This document shows, one piece after another, positions 63,310 to 64,000 of a stretch of 64,000 bases of DNA (its first letter is position 1; each line of letters starts with the position of its first letter). This stretch comes from an uncultured Mycoplasmatota bacterium. Its GTDB lineage: Bacteria; Bacillota_I; Bacilli_A; RF39; UBA660. Position numbers and translations under genes: made by a program. Location of the stretch: contig UQSR01000003.1 of NCBI GenBank assembly GCA_900543825.1, positions 825 through 64,824 of the forward strand, written 5' to 3'. The notes under the pieces were generated by a model. It was not told the DNA's origin. It did no database searches and saw only the letters and a list, made by a program, of their open reading frames with translations.

Positions 63310-64000
63310 TTATTTAATTCTTTTATTATACTTAGTAAATTCACTATCATTATCTAAATCAGTAAGAGCAAGTTCTTTAAATAATTCTTTTTGACCCCTA
63401 GTAAGTTTAGAAGGAATAACTACATTAGTAATAACATACATATCACCCTTCTTACCATTAACATCAGAATCAATACCCTTACCTCTTAATCTTAATTTAC
63501 TATTATTTTTAGTACCATCAGGAATAGAAAGTTCTACATTACCATAAATAGTAGGAATAGTCTTCTTACATCCAAGTACAGCCTCAGTAATAGTTAGTGG
63601 AACAGTAATATATATATCATTACCATCTCTCTTAAAGAAGTCATCATCTTTAACAGTAAATTCAATATATAAATCTCCAGCAGCACCACCATTACTACCA
63701 GCTTCTCCTTTGCCAGATAGTCTAACTCTATTACCAGTATCTACTCCCTTAGGAACAGTAACAGTAAGAGTTTTAGGTTTAGTAACTCTACCCTTACCAT
63801 GACAATCAGTACAAATTCTATCAAAAGAAGTACCAGTACCACCACAATGACTACAAGTAGTTCTAGATAAAAATGAACCAAACATTGTACTTTGCTGTTT
63901 AGTAACAGTTCCAGTACCTTTACATTCAGGACAAGTATGGCTACCAAATCCACCTTGACCCTTACAATTATCACATTCATCTTCTACTTCAACTTTAATA
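63310..64000 (-). CDS. dnaJ: Molecular chaperone DnaJ, 5'-truncated by the window edge
   Basis: It has the zinc-finger repeats CDNCKGQG, CPECKGTG, CSHCGGTG and CTDCHGKG. The frame stays open to position 64000, so the J-domain lies outside the window. Confidence 0.9.
   Translation of the reverse strand, partial: IKVEVEDECDNCKGQGGFGSHTCPECKGTGTVTKQQSTMFGSFLSRTTCSHCGGTGTSFDRICTDCHGKGRVTKPKTLTVTVPKGVDTGNRVRLSGKGEAGSNGGAAGDLYIEFTVKDDDFFKRDGNDIYITVPLTITEAVLGCKKTIPTIYGNVELSIPDGTKNNSKLRLRGKGIDSDVNGKKGDMYVITNVVIPSKLTRGQKELFKELALTDLDNDSEFTKYNKRIK

Noticed and set aside
4223-63980. Remaining short track ORFs: 4223-4417, 6300-6584, 14499-14723, 26711-26908, 26990-27301, 28472-28687, 31645-31827, 34831-35049, 35981-36211, 36504-36776, 38630-38830, 41621-41815, 43723-43974, 45425-45643, 47013-47201, 47554-47796, 47830-48012, 54804-55019, 61150-61404, 61178-61381, 62791-62994, 63154-63357, 63741-63980
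   Set aside because: Each is embedded in, or antisense to, a longer gene with clear family motifs. Stop codons are scarce in alternative frames of very AT-rich coding DNA of this kind. The translations are Ile/Leu/Phe/Asn low-complexity strings with no RBS.
1-64000. Search for rRNA, tRNA, CRISPR arrays, IS elements, prophage modules, toxin-antitoxin pairs and recoded stop codons (TGA as Trp)
   Set aside because: I saw no cloverleaf-like or rRNA-like GC-rich islands in any intergenic gap of at least 70 nt, no regularly spaced direct repeats, and no transposase, integrase or phage structural genes. Long ORFs close properly under the standard code and Trp is encoded normally, so nothing indicates an alternative genetic code.

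Overview
This is an AT-rich chromosomal segment; hand counts of 120-nt samples give about 21% GC at 9.6 kb and about 37% at the left edge. The host is an endospore-forming Firmicute, since an alpha/beta SASP, GerE, SpoIIIAH and SpoIIP are all present. Almost every gene is transcribed on the minus strand. Housekeeping blocks with Bacillus/Clostridium-like synteny are present: thiI, mutS, gpmI, recU-ponA, asnB, dnaD-nth, cca, thrS, glyQS, pdp, rsmE and dnaJ. These blocks surround a single-orientation cell-envelope glycopolymer locus of about 22 kb (8.4-30.5 kb). That locus starts with an ABC importer and two LicC-type cytidylyltransferases. One LicC is fused to a winged-helix domain and the other to a HisC/CobD-type PLP enzyme. 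The locus continues through an acyltransferase, a Wzx flippase, a sulfotransferase-like protein, LicD, a cytoplasmic alkaline-phosphatase-superfamily protein, two tandem GT2 paralogues and an O-antigen-ligase-like::GT4 fusion. It ends with a NodB deacetylase, an Alg14/Alg13-like pair, an LtaS-family enzyme and a TagO/WecA initiating transferase. No choline kinase or LicB-type permease is present, so the head-group chemistry looks non-canonical; this is the most interesting part of the window. Other notable items are listed here. (1) A Thr T-box leader with a consensus promoter drives an unannotated-type 105-aa ORF coupled to a thrS that lacks the TGS domain. (2) A soluble 337-aa FtsK-motor-only protein lies between gpmI and a phosphodiester glycosidase. 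(3) An Rpn-type PD-(D/E)XK gene has its 3' end plus flank repeated (39/40 nt, inverted) 57.7 kb away. (4) A 45-aa ORF missing from the ORF track has a strong RBS and a Cheo-box-like palindrome upstream. (5) There is an orphan radical SAM/SPASM gene. (6) A sensor protein carries a degenerate GGDEF motif (DGNEF). I found no rRNA, tRNA, CRISPR array, intact IS element or prophage.
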